The position numbers were made by a program, and so were the translations under genes. This document shows positions 45,902 to 55,966 of a stretch of DNA of 64,000 nt, piece after piece. How positions within the stretch are numbered: the first letter of the stretch is position 1; each line of letters begins with the position of its first letter. The DNA is from a virus. The stretch spans positions 3,802 through 67,801 of the IMG/VR virus record IMGVR_UViG_3300027832_000016. One strand, given 5' to 3'. Under the pieces are notes generated by a model. It saw only the letters and a program-made list of their open reading frames with translations, did not search any database and was not told the origin of the DNA.

Positions 45902-47953
45902 ATGGCTCAAACGGTACTAACCGTTGAGCAGTTGCAAGATCTAGTTGAGGTTGTTACCAACGCTGGAGCCTTTGCATTTGATATTGAGTCCCGTGGGATT
46001 CTTGAGCGCCATGATGATGTTAACAAGCACTTTTTAAAAGAGTGCGCGGAACACATCACAACGCTTAAGAGCCCCACGGCTGACACAGTCACCCGCTCAA
46101 CTGAGGTAGTTAAACTACGTTACTTAAAAGACCTAGCATTAGACCCATTACGAAACGAAGTGTTTTGGATAGGCATTGCTACACATGGGCGTTCATGGGC
46201 CATCCCCATGGGGCACCTACAAGGGGAAGTACTCATCCCAGAGCAGCGTGGCGATGGGGACACTATCCCTCCAGTTGGCTACCGTAAGGTGCTCAAAAGT
46301 GGTGAGGAGTCCTTAGCAAAGGCTCGCTACCTAATCCCTGGGGTGTATTCAGACCCTCCTAAGCAGTTGACACGCTATGACGTGTTTGAGATATTGCGCC
46401 CACTATTCTTTAGCCCGTTAACTAAGGTTGGGCACAACGTTAAGTTTGATGCTCGCTCCCTTAAGAAGTACTACGGGGAGATTCCCCCAGGACCATACAT
46501 GGATACTATGGTACTCCAACACATTGAGGATGAGAATCTTCAGTCCTTCTCCCTTGTTAATTTAATCGCCCACAACTTTGGTTCTCACTCTGCCTATGCT
46601 AGAGAAGGGAAGTTAGCCAGCGTTATCAACAGCGTCCCCTTTGGTGCAGCCTGTAGGTATGTACACCTTGACGCTAGGTGGACCTGGTTGTTGTATAAAA
46701 AGTTACTTGCCAAGATAGGGCTGACCCCGTCACTTCAAGAGGTAGTCGAACAAGACATGCAGGTGCTAGAAGTGCTGATGCACATGGAAGATGACGGTAT
46801 CTTAGTAGACAGTAAGGCTCTAAAGACCCTTAGGAAAGAACTAGAACTTCGCCAAAAAGAATGCTTGTTGGCTATTGCGGACCACTCCTACTCAGGCTTT
46901 AATCCTGACTCAAATAAAGAGAAGCAAGAGTTCTTGTTCAACAAGAAGCGGGATGGGGGTCTTGGACTTAAGCCTGTAAAGAAAACACTGAAGGGTGCCC
47001 CATCTGTAGACAAGGAAGCATTAACGAAGTTGCTAGATAAGCATCCGTTAATCCCCCTTCTGTTGGGCTACGCGGAACTACAGAAAACAAAATCAACTTA
47101 TGTTGACGGGCTCATACCCAAACTGAACAAGGGTAGATTGCACCCATCGTTCCACCTACACAGAACCGATACGGGCAGGTTGTCATCATCTAACCCTAAC
47201 TTACAGAACATACCTAGAGACTCTACGATTAGAAGTTTGTTTATTCCCCCAATTGGGTACTCGATGTTGGTGGCGGACTATGACCAGATAGAACTTAGAG
47301 TTATGGCGATGTTTAGTCAGGACTCAAAGTTACTAAGAATCTTTAAGAACAACGAGGACATTCATACCGCCACCGCCGCCGCCGTGTTTAAAGTGCCCGT
47401 AGAGGATGTCACAGCAGAGCAGAGGCAGATTGGTAAGGGAGTAAACTTTCTAACCGCTTATGGTGGTGGGGCCGTGAAACTTGCTCGTGTAACGGGTATT
47501 GAGGATGACCACGCAGAGGAGATTCTTCGCGCCTACTACAGTAACTTCTCTGAGTTGACCAAGTGGAAACAGGTAGCGATAGCAAAAGCAACCAAAGTTG
47601 GGTATGTAACCACTATTTCAGGTAGGCGTAGACGCCTTGCTAACTTAAACCACCCAAGCAGGGAGTTGCAGTCACAGGCACAACGCCAGGCCATCAACGC
47701 AATTATTCAGGGGAGTGCCGCAGACCTTTGTAAAACAGCAATGATAGACGTATACAAAGCGTTTGAGGGGAGTGACTCCCACATGCTGCTCCAGATACAT
47801 GATGAGTTAGTAGCCACCACCCCTCTTGGCAGAGAGTCTGAAACCATAGAGATGCTAATGAGTGCCATGGGGCATAATAGGAGTATTATGGGGGTCACAT
47901 TAAGAGTTTCATGTCACGCATCTACGAGTTGGTCGGAGGCAAAAGGAAAATGA
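45902..47953 (+). CDS. polA: Family A DNA polymerase with 3'-5' exonuclease
   Basis: FDIE, GHNVKFD, TGRLSSSNPNLQNIP, DYDQIELR, KGVNFLTAYG, QIHDEL. Confidence 0.96.
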   Translation: MAQTVLTVEQLQDLVEVVTNAGAFAFDIESRGILERHDDVNKHFLKECAEHITTLKSPTADTVTRSTEVVKLRYLKDLALDPLRNEVFWIGIATHGRSWAIPMGHLQGEVLIPEQRGDGDTIPPVGYRKVLKSGEESLAKARYLIPGVYSDPPKQLTRYDVFEILRPLFFSPLTKVGHNVKFDARSLKKYYGEIPPGPYMDTMVLQHIEDENLQSFSLVNLIAHNFGSHSAYAREGKLASVINSVPFGAACRYVHLDARWTWLLYKKLLAKIGLTPSLQEVVEQDMQVLEVLMHMEDDGILVDSKALKTLRKELELRQKECLLAIADHSYSGFNPDSNKEKQEFLFNKKRDGGLGLKPVKKTLKGAPSVDKEALTKLLDKHPLIPLLLGYAELQKTKSTYVDGLIPKLNKGRLHPSFHLHRTDTGRLSSSNPNLQNIPRDSTIRSLFIPPIGYSMLVADYDQIELRVMAMFSQDSKLLRIFKNNEDIHTATAAAVFKVPVEDVTAEQRQIGKGVNFLTAYGGGAVKLARVTGIEDDHAEEILRAYYSNFSELTKWKQVAIAKATKVGYVTTISGRRRRLANLNHPSRELQSQAQRQAINAIIQGSAADLCKTAMIDVYKAFEGSDSHMLLQIHDELVATTPLGRESETIEMLMSAMGHNRSIMGVTLRVSCHASTSWSEAKGK

Positions 47954-48300
47954 GCAAAGTTATAGAAAAGCGCAATTTCTGTCTCATGTTGTCACTGCCT
48001 TCTGGACAAGGGTTAGCAGCCAATATGGGCTTCCTAGCAGCCTCTCCAGAAGTTGCGACAATGGAAGACGCCTTAATAAACGCCCAATGGGATATCTTGC
48101 AGGAACTTGGTGTGTACGGGGAAGTAATAGAGTCTGTGAATTGGTTTAGTGAAGTGTTAGACTCCAGCAATGAGAACACAGAAAAACCAACTCCGGAGAT
48201 GATTGCGGGGTCTAAGACGGTTCTGCTATCGTTTGGTATGGCTCTTGTTCAGAAGTTGTTGACTACTGAAAAGATCGCGTTGATGGGAAGGTTTATGTAA
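47950..48300 (+). CDS. Hypothetical protein
   Basis: ATGA coupling. Confidence 0.7.
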   Translation: MSKVIEKRNFCLMLSLPSGQGLAANMGFLAASPEVATMEDALINAQWDILQELGVYGEVIESVNWFSEVLDSSNENTEKPTPEMIAGSKTVLLSFGMALVQKLLTTEKIALMGRFM

Positions 48301-48674
48301 TGAGTAGTTGGTGGGATAAAGCCTTGTCTGGTGCTCCTACAGAGGAGCGTAGGTCTGTTCCGTATACCCCAAATCACGTCATCCCAGCCCTCCAGCAACA
48401 GGCAAGGACATTAGCGGAGCAGAGAATGCCCACTAACACCACTGTGCGGGATAACTCTACAGGTGAAACGACCATGGGTACCGCGATACGCTCGTGGAGC
48501 GGTGGGGAGGGGCATAGACTAGACGGTGGGTTAACCTGCCCACGCTGCGGAAGCAAGAACATCTTTAGTAGAGCAAACGCATCCATGAGTGGTATCTCCC
48601 CAGCACCTAGATGCTTTGAGTGCGGGTGGAATGGCAAGTATGAACAGGCGGATCAGTCCTCATGGTCTGTATAA
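48300..48674 (+). CDS. Zinc-ribbon protein
   Basis: CPRCGS...RCFECG. Confidence 0.75.
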   Translation: MSSWWDKALSGAPTEERRSVPYTPNHVIPALQQQARTLAEQRMPTNTTVRDNSTGETTMGTAIRSWSGGEGHRLDGGLTCPRCGSKNIFSRANASMSGISPAPRCFECGWNGKYEQADQSSWSV

Positions 48675-48699
48675 ATCGTAGAACAACTAGGAGCAATAC

Positions 48700-49722
48700 A
48701 TGGAAAAGCAGTGGAGTAGTCTTTCTTCAATAATCTCAGCAGTAAACAAGCAACATGGCCCAGGAACTATTGTTAAGGGAAATGAAGCAAGACTAAAGTT
48801 AGAAAGGATTAGCACTGGTGTGCTGTCCTATGACATTATGCTTGGCGGTGGCTGGCCTGTAAATCAGTGGTCGGAAATCATCGGAGATGAATCTTCTGGT
48901 AAAACCGCACTTGCCCTAAAGACTATTGCCACTAACCAGCAATCAAATCCTGACTGGGTAGCCGTGTGGGTTGCTGCTGAGGAATTTGTCCCTGAATATG
49001 CCCTCTCTATTGGTGTGGACCTCGACCGTCTATGGGTTGTTGAGACAAATAGTATGGAAGAGGCTTACAACCTAGTAATCAACATCATGGCCAATCGTGC
49101 TGCTGACTGTGTTGTCATCGACTCTCTCCCAGCACTTGTCCCCAATGATGAGTCAGAAAAGACAATGGAAGAGTTTACGATGGGTCTTGGTGCTCGCCTC
49201 ACATCTAAGTTCTTTCGTAAGGCGTCTGAGGCACAGAAGCGTTCCCTGATTAATGATGAGCGCACCTGTACTGGGCTAATGATTAACCAGTGGCGTCAAA
49301 AGATAGGCGTCATGTGGGGCGACAATAGGACAACCCCAGGTGGACTCGCCAAGAACTTTGCGTATTTCGTTCGAGTGGAAGTACGGAGAGATGAGTGGCT
49401 TAAAGACAAAGATGAAGTCGTTGGCCAAACCATCAAAGCACGCACCCTAAAGAATAAAACACACAGGCCGAATCAATCCGCCATCATTGACTTCTACTTT
49501 GCCGACGTTCAGGGGTTCAAGAAAGGAAACTTCGATACGTTGAAAGACATGCTTAATATTGGAGTTGCCATAGAGGTGATAACCAGAGCAGGAGCATATT
49601 ACTCATACGGAGAAGGCCGTTGGCAGGGTAAGGAAAAGATGCTGGAAGCATTTAGAGAAGACATGGACCTTCAACGTAAATTGATCGCTCAAGTTGAGAC
49701 ACATTATGGTGTGTCTAGGTGA
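48700..49722 (+). CDS. recA: RecA/UvsX-like recombinase
   Basis: ISTG, EIIGDESSGKT, VIDS, INQ-R-KIG, TTPGG, GAYYSY. Confidence 0.93.
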   Translation: MEKQWSSLSSIISAVNKQHGPGTIVKGNEARLKLERISTGVLSYDIMLGGGWPVNQWSEIIGDESSGKTALALKTIATNQQSNPDWVAVWVAAEEFVPEYALSIGVDLDRLWVVETNSMEEAYNLVINIMANRAADCVVIDSLPALVPNDESEKTMEEFTMGLGARLTSKFFRKASEAQKRSLINDERTCTGLMINQWRQKIGVMWGDNRTTPGGLAKNFAYFVRVEVRRDEWLKDKDEVVGQTIKARTLKNKTHRPNQSAIIDFYFADVQGFKKGNFDTLKDMLNIGVAIEVITRAGAYYSYGEGRWQGKEKMLEAFREDMDLQRKLIAQVETHYGVSR

Positions 49723-50060
49723 CAATCCTAGGAGGAGAACCACGTGACTATAAAAAACGAATACTTAAGAAATCAGTTAAGCAAGAGAAAAGAGCCGCTG
49801 ATACATATAAGGGTAGTCGTAACGCTGGCTCTGGTAGTGGTTGGCTTCGTAAGAACGATGTCCGCAGTAAAGAGTTTCTGGTCGAAAACAAACTTACGAT
49901 TGGGAAAACGCAGATAACCATAAAGGTAAAAGACCTCGCAGAACTGAGGGAAAGAGCAATACTTGAGGATAGGATTCCCCTCCTACAGTTCGATATCGGC
50001 AATAAAAAGTATGTAGTGTTGCACGAAGATGACTTCTTGGAGATGACAAGTGAACAGTGA
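49719..50060 (+). CDS. PD-(D/E)XK nuclease/Holliday junction resolvase-like
   Basis: QE, GSGSG-x2-KND, VENK. Confidence 0.75.
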   Translation: MTILGGEPRDYKKRILKKSVKQEKRAADTYKGSRNAGSGSGWLRKNDVRSKEFLVENKLTIGKTQITIKVKDLAELRERAILEDRIPLLQFDIGNKKYVVLHEDDFLEMTSEQ

Positions 50061-50214
50061 CCAGATACAGAGAAGTCTAAAACTCGCCAATAACTACCAT
50101 AAAAACAGGCTAATTGACCCAACTCGCGCACGAGAGTACTATGATGCACAAATGGAACTAATCCATAACAGGCGAGCCTACGCTAGGAATAAATACAGGG
50201 GACAGCATGGGTGA
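50050..50214 (+). CDS. Small hypothetical protein (54 aa)
   Basis: GTG start, fills the gap and overlaps both neighbours. Confidence 0.4.
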   Translation: MNSDQIQRSLKLANNYHKNRLIDPTRAREYYDAQMELIHNRRAYARNKYRGQHG

Positions 50215-51196
50215 TTACAACGATTACAAAAAGTTGCTTATGATGCAAGGGCGTATTTTGCCCGCCGTATCCTTACAGATACTTAAAGACAAAGAGAACA
50301 GAGACAGCGGTAGAGACACTAAGCACTTACACCCCAGTGACTTAGCCAAGCGTGATTGGTGCCCTAGAGCCACTTGGTACACAATAAAAGACAAGCCTAA
50401 AGATGCTGAATCCTTTTCATTCACGAGGCTTAATATTTTTGAAGAGGGCCACTACATCCATGCCAAGTGGCAGAGGTGGTTGCACAACGCTGGAGTTCTA
50501 GAGGGTAACTGGCTCTGTGCTAGTGATGTATGTAAGCACAAGTGGTGGGCAATCGCCCCGCACAACTGTCCGTCGTGTGGGTCACCCCACCCTAAATACA
50601 AGGAAGTGCCCTTAAGCAACGAAGAGCACCACATCCTTGGACACGCTGATGGGATCATCTCCGATGCACAAGGTAAGGCCCTCATTGAGATCAAGTCCGT
50701 GGGACTGGGTACAATTAGGTTTGAGGCACCAGATTTGGCTAAGGCCTACGAAAAGAAGGAACTAACTTTAGACGGGTTGTGGAAGAAGATTAGGCAACCC
50801 TTCCCTAGTCACATAAAACAAGGGCTGTTGTACATGTACTGCACTGGTATCCACGAGATTGTATATCTGTATGAGTGGAAACCAACGCAAGACGTGAAGG
50901 AGTTCTCCTTGCGGTTCAACAAAGATTTAGTTCAACCAATACTTGACAACTGTAGGAGGCTTCTATTATCCTTAGAGAAAGAGATACCACCGATGCGGCC
51001 AATGTGGGCGGAGAAGCCCACAAGTTCTGGTTGTAAGTATTGCCCATATAAAGAAACATGCTGGAGGACAGATGAGTATAACGGAGACACATGGCACGGA
51101 GATGGAACGGTTTTTGGAGAGGTTCCCGCTTCCGAAGAGGCCGAAGGGGATACTTCCCGACCTCCCACTACAAATCGGAGAGTTACACGACGCTGA
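50207..51196 (+). CDS. Cas4-like/RecB-family exonuclease
   Basis: HPS...CPR, G-x2-IH, GHADG, IEIKS, Q-x3-Y, CKYCPY-x3-C. Confidence 0.85.
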   Translation: MGDYNDYKKLLMMQGRILPAVSLQILKDKENRDSGRDTKHLHPSDLAKRDWCPRATWYTIKDKPKDAESFSFTRLNIFEEGHYIHAKWQRWLHNAGVLEGNWLCASDVCKHKWWAIAPHNCPSCGSPHPKYKEVPLSNEEHHILGHADGIISDAQGKALIEIKSVGLGTIRFEAPDLAKAYEKKELTLDGLWKKIRQPFPSHIKQGLLYMYCTGIHEIVYLYEWKPTQDVKEFSLRFNKDLVQPILDNCRRLLLSLEKEIPPMRPMWAEKPTSSGCKYCPYKETCWRTDEYNGDTWHGDGTVFGEVPASEEAEGDTSRPPTTNRRVTRR

Positions 51197-51560
51197 CTTG
51201 ATGGATTTGTACACAGAGTTCATGGCATGGTTAATTTACGCCAAGATGCAACTAGTGGGTGCAGAGATTGATGAGGAGCGTGAGCGTAACATCTTGGAAC
51301 ACCTAGAGTCTTGTGTACTCATCGAGCAGTGGGGTGACAAGGCTAAGGGTGACTTGGTCACAGTGGCTAAGGCTAAGAGAGATGTAGACCCACGAGTAAC
51401 CGAGCAAGTTATGGTTCACCTAGAGCGCCGCGCCTACAGAAAGTTGGTAGACGCAGTGTTTGACAGGTGTGAAAGAAGCGCCCAAGTTGTCTCTCGTGAA
51501 CTGAGCAGAAGGATTAGTCTTGCGCCAATGGACCACCGTACCCATAGGTTTGGGGCGTAA
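51072..51560 (+). CDS. Helical hypothetical protein (UvsY-like candidate)
   Basis: All-helical, SRELSRR C-terminus, recombination module. Confidence 0.6.
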   Translation: MSITETHGTEMERFLERFPLPKRPKGILPDLPLQIGELHDADLMDLYTEFMAWLIYAKMQLVGAEIDEERERNILEHLESCVLIEQWGDKAKGDLVTVAKAKRDVDPRVTEQVMVHLERRAYRKLVDAVFDRCERSAQVVSRELSRRISLAPMDHRTHRFGA

Positions 51561-51561
51561 C

Positions 51562-51729
51562 ATGGACGACGAGATGACACTCAGCCAGACACTTAGGTTA
51601 CTGACAGACACCATTAAGGAAGGCAAGGGACGGGTTCACGTTGAATTTGTCCCTTCATTTCTCTACCAAATTTGCAATGTCCTGGAGTACTACGAACTAC
51701 AGGAGGCTCGTGATGGGGAACAAGCATAA
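51562..51729 (+). CDS. Small hypothetical protein
   Basis: Fills the operon gap. Confidence 0.55.
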   Translation: MDDEMTLSQTLRLLTDTIKEGKGRVHVEFVPSFLYQICNVLEYYELQEARDGEQA

Positions 51730-52081
51730 AAGTAAAGGCACGTCATTCGAGACCGCCATCGTAGGTTGGCTAAAGGAACAAGGCTTCCCCCACGCTCGTA
51801 GAACAGCCTTAGCGGGTGCTGCGGACTCTGGAGACATCCACGGCGTTGTTCAACGCACCACACTTGCCGAGGTGGCTATCCAATGTAAGAACCAGAAGTC
51901 ATTCGACTTTAGTGGGTGGTTAAACGCCACCGTAGAACAGGCTGAGAGATTAGGACCGCTTGGTGTTCCACTGCTCGTAGTAAAGCGCCCTGGGAAAGGA
52001 GCCAAGGCTTTAGGAGACAGTTATGCAGTGATGAGGCTCTCAGATATGGTGCTTTTGCTTCAGGATGCACAGTTTAAGTAG
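51713..52081 (+). CDS. Holliday junction resolvase (Hjc-like)
   Basis: KSKGTSFE, D-GDI, IQCKN, VVKR. Confidence 0.85.
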   Translation: MGNKHKSKGTSFETAIVGWLKEQGFPHARRTALAGAADSGDIHGVVQRTTLAEVAIQCKNQKSFDFSGWLNATVEQAERLGPLGVPLLVVKRPGKGAKALGDSYAVMRLSDMVLLLQDAQFK

Positions 52082-52124
52082 GTGATACCATTGACTATTG
52101 TATTTACAACAACAAGGAGTCAAA

Positions 52125-52415
52125 ATGGCCACAGAACTTCATTCCAAAGTCGAAGATGTCCTGAAGGTAAGCGGAAGTAGCAACCCCCAGAGTGTGGGTT
52201 CCATCCTTGCTAGGTCTATTGTCGCGGGGCATTACCCAAAGGTAAGAGCGATTGGCGCTTCTGCGGTTAATCAGGCTACGAAGGCTTGTGCTATCGCCCG
52301 TGGTTTTGTCGCCCCACGGGGCATTGATCTTTGTTACATAATTGGCTTTGATGATATAGTTGGGGAGAATGGTGAGTCAATTTCGGCCATCAGTTTCAAA
52401 CCTGTCCAAAGGTAG
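52125..52415 (+). CDS. spoVS: Stage V sporulation protein S-like (Alba fold)
   Basis: VLKVS-SSNPQSV, AIGASAVNQA-KA-AIARGFVAP-GIDL, ISAISF. Confidence 0.9.
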   Translation: MATELHSKVEDVLKVSGSSNPQSVGSILARSIVAGHYPKVRAIGASAVNQATKACAIARGFVAPRGIDLCYIIGFDDIVGENGESISAISFKPVQR

Positions 52416-52421
52416 GTAATC

Positions 52422-52604
52422 GTGCCACATAATCATAGAGGTGCCCCAATAGCGGGACCTTATGCTAACGACACTGAGGTACAATGGCGTAGTCCAAACC
52501 TCGATGAACTGCGTAAGAAATTTGGTACAGATGATGCCCCAATCAAAAAGGTCAAAAACAAGGATGATTCAGATCTCAATGCCCTACGCAAGAGGAGTAA
52601 ATAA
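52422..52604 (+). CDS. Small protein with MPxNHRG leader (copy 1)
   Basis: MPHNHRGAPIAGPYAN. Confidence 0.75.
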   Translation: MPHNHRGAPIAGPYANDTEVQWRSPNLDELRKKFGTDDAPIKKVKNKDDSDLNALRKRSK

Positions 52605-52906
52605 TGCCAAAGAACCATAGAGGTGTCCCAATTGCTGGTCCCCACGCTAACACTTACGTAGAGGTTGAGAGTTGGGCAGAAGCAGAAAAGTATAACCCAC
52701 GTGGGTTCAATCCAGAAGATCACGACTTTAAGAATACTGTGCCATCTAGACAAGACGAAGTTGAAGCAATGAATGATTCTCCAGATGACCATCCTTTCTC
52801 TAAGGTGAGTAGGGCTCGTAGGGCTCAGAAGGAAGTGGACACTGGGCAATACTCTAATCGTGATGATGGTCCTGAGTATGATGGTCCGAGGACTTCGGAT
52901 TACTAA
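52604..52906 (+). CDS. Small protein with MPxNHRG leader (copy 2)
   Basis: MPKNHRGVPIAGPHAN; TAATG coupling, GAGGAG RBS. Confidence 0.8.
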   Translation: MPKNHRGVPIAGPHANTYVEVESWAEAEKYNPRGFNPEDHDFKNTVPSRQDEVEAMNDSPDDHPFSKVSRARRAQKEVDTGQYSNRDDGPEYDGPRTSDY

Positions 52907-52908
52907 CC

Positions 52909-53220
52909 ATGGGTTTCATTCGTAAACGTATCCCCGACAACGTAATCTCCATGGAGGAGTACAAGGGTAGAAAACGCCGCGAGAAAATAGATAGAGCGCA
53001 TAATCCATCTAAACCCTCTAATGTAAGTGACGCCCAACCTTACGACTGGGCCAAGTCTGACCCTGATCTAGGTTACACAGGTTCCATAGATTCTGATCCA
53101 ACCCCACAACATGGTACTAAGCGACCAACTGGGCGAGGAAAGATCACAGTTGTTCTTGACTCAAGGATGGATCCGACGTGGAAGGATTCCATAAACAAAA
53201 CACTAAGCGCACCAAAATGA
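52909..53220 (+). CDS. Disordered hypothetical protein
   Basis: In operon; NVISMEEYK...RAHNPS. Confidence 0.7.
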   Translation: MGFIRKRIPDNVISMEEYKGRKRREKIDRAHNPSKPSNVSDAQPYDWAKSDPDLGYTGSIDSDPTPQHGTKRPTGRGKITVVLDSRMDPTWKDSINKTLSAPK

Positions 53221-53447
53221 TGTCCCCAGCGAAAGCCCTTGATATGGTAGATCGCCCGTACAAAACTAAGACATCTGGTGGCGCTGGTGGGAAGAAACCA
53301 CCTTTACCACCAAAGAAAACCATGACTGGTGGTAACGGTGATGACTCCAAGGAACCATTCCGTGAATGGGGAAACAAGAAGCCGCCCGCAGATGATAAAC
53401 TAAGGCTCTATGGGAACCAAAGTAAACCCCCCCGCAAAAAGTATTAA
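53217..53447 (+). CDS. Lys/Pro/Gly-rich hypothetical protein
   Basis: ATGA coupling. Confidence 0.6.
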   Translation: MMSPAKALDMVDRPYKTKTSGGAGGKKPPLPPKKTMTGGNGDDSKEPFREWGNKKPPADDKLRLYGNQSKPPRKKY

Positions 53448-53553
53448 GCCAAAGCCAAAGCCGAAGGCGAAGCCACGCCCCATCACATCTGTGTCAGGTG
53501 CTGCTGGTGGTTTTATGACAACGGCCAATCCTTCTATTGCTGGTAATCGGTAA
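53410..53553 (+). CDS. Small basic protein (47 aa, not in track)
   Basis: MGTKVNPPAKSIKPKPKPKAKPRP...; TAATG coupling to the next gene. Confidence 0.5.
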   Translation: MGTKVNPPAKSIKPKPKPKAKPRPITSVSGAAGGFMTTANPSIAGNR

Positions 53554-54044
53554 TGTCTAAGCAGGCATTCGCCAACTGGAGTAGCCCAAGTGAGCCACCT
53601 GGTGCTGGTACACAGCCCATGTTCGGGCCAGAGCCAATCTTCCGCAACAACAAGGATCAGCGGTTGTCTGGGCGTGGAACCATGGCAGACACAACGTATC
53701 CAGATGGATACCTCGGTACGATGTCGTCTAACCGCCGACAGGACAAGATCTTAGGCACACTAAACCGAAGTAATCAGCGCCAATACTCCAGGGGGGTACA
53801 CAAGGGAGAACGAGTAAATCCAGGAGATTATGTTTGGCCAGAAGAGTTCAACCTTTGGACTGGTATCGTGTACGAAAAAGAAGGAAAGAAGTTTGCACCA
53901 CCTGGTGCAATTCCTGTACAATTGACTAATGATGGAAAAGTTGGCCCCAAAGGTATACCGCGTACTGCCGAAAAGCAGAACAAAGAGTTCATTGACGCAG
54001 AGCGCCGCGCCCAACTTCAATCTCTTCGTCCAAGTTGGAGATAA
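53553..54044 (+). CDS. Hypothetical (possibly virion) protein
   Basis: YPDGYLGT, Y-RGVHKGER, LRPSWR. Confidence 0.75.
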   Translation: MSKQAFANWSSPSEPPGAGTQPMFGPEPIFRNNKDQRLSGRGTMADTTYPDGYLGTMSSNRRQDKILGTLNRSNQRQYSRGVHKGERVNPGDYVWPEEFNLWTGIVYEKEGKKFAPPGAIPVQLTNDGKVGPKGIPRTAEKQNKEFIDAERRAQLQSLRPSWR

Positions 54045-54047
54045 CTA

Positions 54048-55649
54048 ATGGCTAGAGTAACTAGAGATGGTGACGATATACCTTCACAAAGCCAAAAAGA
54101 CGCGGCAAAGAAGCCAAAGAGGTACTTGCTGGGTAAAACAAAGGAAAAGTATGGCAAGGGTTATGGAGAAATCGTAAGTGGGGACCTCCCAGGAAGGTAT
54201 AACCTCCCCGAGGAGGGTGACCAATTTGGCGTTGCTCTAGCATCTGCTAAAGCAGCAACAGGCAAAAGTTCGAATGAACCATTTAGCAACGATGCCATGG
54301 AACATAATGAGAAACTTAAGCAAGGATTCATCAAATCGGGTAAATGGCGTACACCAGACGGTACCGCAAGTGCCCCCGTAGAAGCAACCCCAACCACGCA
54401 AGGAGCAGCCCCAGTGTCTAAAGCATCCAGGAAAGCAAAGAAAGAGACCAAGGCAACCCCAGCCGTGATTGCTGAAGACCTGAAAGAACGTGGCAAGCCT
54501 GAATCAAGTGGCCCTACGAAGTACGACAATCGTTATGCCAAGGACACTATCCCAGCACCTAAAGCACCAGATGCTGCTACTGCTGCTACTGCGCGTATCA
54601 AGGCTGCTGCCGCTTCTATAGAGCCTTCTAACGAGAAGGGTGATTCTGGCCCAAGTTCACAAGCGGCCAAAACAGTAGAGCGCATGAACGCTGCTAAAGC
54701 ACCTAAAGAGGATGCTGGTAGTACTGAGGTAGCACCAGAGGTAGCACCAGCGGCTGAGGCTGCACCAGCAGCACCTAAGAAGGCTTCTAACATTCCAACG
54801 GATGCACAGGCTAGGGCCAAAGAAATTGCGGCCAATAAAGGTGGTGGCCCATACATGACCAGCACTGATAAGTCTGGAAAATCGCTTCCAACATATGGCT
54901 CTAGCGAAGATGCAAAAGATGCGGCATGGGACAAGAAAGCAGGCAGGGACAAGCCAGGTACTACTCGTGCATTCGACCCAAGTAAAGCCCCAGATTCTCC
55001 TAAGCCCTATGACTATGTCAAGGACAACAGGGATGCTGACTACCCAGACGAGCCTGAATCCCCAACTACGAGGTCTTCCCCAGCAGGTGGTGGTACAGCA
55101 CCCCCACCATCACCATCCGCCCCAAGTGGCGAAGATAGAACCCGTGTTGGACCTTCGGTATCTACACCACGAGGCACGGGGCGTGTTAGTGCTTCGCCCC
55201 CACCTACTGCCGCACCATGGGCCCCACCAAGTAGGGCTGACTCCTTTGCAGGTACTAACACTGGAGATGTCTACGCTACTAATGTAGGGAACATCACGCA
55301 AAAAGGAAGTGGAAGGCAAACTGCCACCAATAATTCCGCTAATGCTATAGGTGCAGGCTCCCGAGCCAACGCTGGTATGGGTAGTAATAACACCTACAGC
55401 GGTGGTGGTAACAGGCCATCTGTGATGTCTACGGGCGGGAACGCCTTTTCAGACAACGCGGATGACAATGTGATGTCTACGGGCGGGAACGCTGTGAAGA
55501 GGTCTCACCCGCGAGCAGATAATGCTGGTGGTGCTGCTCGTAGCACAAACAAGGCTGGTGCTCCTGCCGCTGGTGCTCCTGCTAAATTCGTCCCTACCCC
55601 AATGGCCCCTGCGGACCTCACACGTAAACCTCCTTCGGGAAACAAGTAG
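54048..55649 (+). CDS. Large intrinsically disordered Ala/Pro/Lys/Gly-rich protein
   Basis: 533-aa low-complexity ORF with an N/G/S-rich C-terminal region. Confidence 0.8.
   Translation: MARVTRDGDDIPSQSQKDAAKKPKRYLLGKTKEKYGKGYGEIVSGDLPGRYNLPEEGDQFGVALASAKAATGKSSNEPFSNDAMEHNEKLKQGFIKSGKWRTPDGTASAPVEATPTTQGAAPVSKASRKAKKETKATPAVIAEDLKERGKPESSGPTKYDNRYAKDTIPAPKAPDAATAATARIKAAAASIEPSNEKGDSGPSSQAAKTVERMNAAKAPKEDAGSTEVAPEVAPAAEAAPAAPKKASNIPTDAQARAKEIAANKGGGPYMTSTDKSGKSLPTYGSSEDAKDAAWDKKAGRDKPGTTRAFDPSKAPDSPKPYDYVKDNRDADYPDEPESPTTRSSPAGGGTAPPPSPSAPSGEDRTRVGPSVSTPRGTGRVSASPPPTAAPWAPPSRADSFAGTNTGDVYATNVGNITQKGSGRQTATNNSANAIGAGSRANAGMGSNNTYSGGGNRPSVMSTGGNAFSDNADDNVMSTGGNAVKRSHPRADNAGGAARSTNKAGAPAAGAPAKFVPTPMAPADLTRKPPSGNK
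55421..55492 (+). repeat. 24-bp direct repeat TGTGATGTCTACGGGCGGGAACGC x2 (VMSTGGNA)
   Basis: Copies at 55421-55444 and 55469-55492. Confidence 0.85.
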
Positions 55650-55654
55650 CCGTA

Positions 55655-55966
55655 ATGGGCTCTGGAGAAGAAGTAATCGACCTCTCGGACAAGGGTGTTC
55701 ACACAATTGATGAGTCTGGTGTTCGCTCTGGTCTAAACATGATTCCATTCCATTGGGAGATGAAGTCTGGCAATCAGCATGGGCCGTTTTTCGCGCTGGG
55801 CAAGAGAAACCTAGAGTTTCGTCGCTCCGAAGCAGAAACCGCAGGAGCCAGCCTTGTATCATGCGACGACGGTAACTGTAATCACACGAACGTAAAAGAG
55901 GATGACGGCGGGTTCAATAACTTAAGAGAGAACTCTGGATTCTTAGATCGAGAGACTCGTGACTGA
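55655..55966 (+). CDS. Hypothetical protein
   Basis: In operon. Confidence 0.6.
   Translation: MGSGEEVIDLSDKGVHTIDESGVRSGLNMIPFHWEMKSGNQHGPFFALGKRNLEFRRSEAETAGASLVSCDDGNCNHTNVKEDDGGFNNLRENSGFLDRETRD

Noticed and set aside
45990-46380. Intein or intron in the DNA polymerase exonuclease insertions
   Set aside because: Insertions are short and in frame, and lack C/S...HN splice motifs or a homing endonuclease
50207-51196. Cas4-like gene as evidence of a CRISPR-Cas system
   Set aside because: No cas1/cas2 or effector genes, and I saw no repeat-spacer array; stand-alone Cas4-like nucleases are common in phage recombination modules
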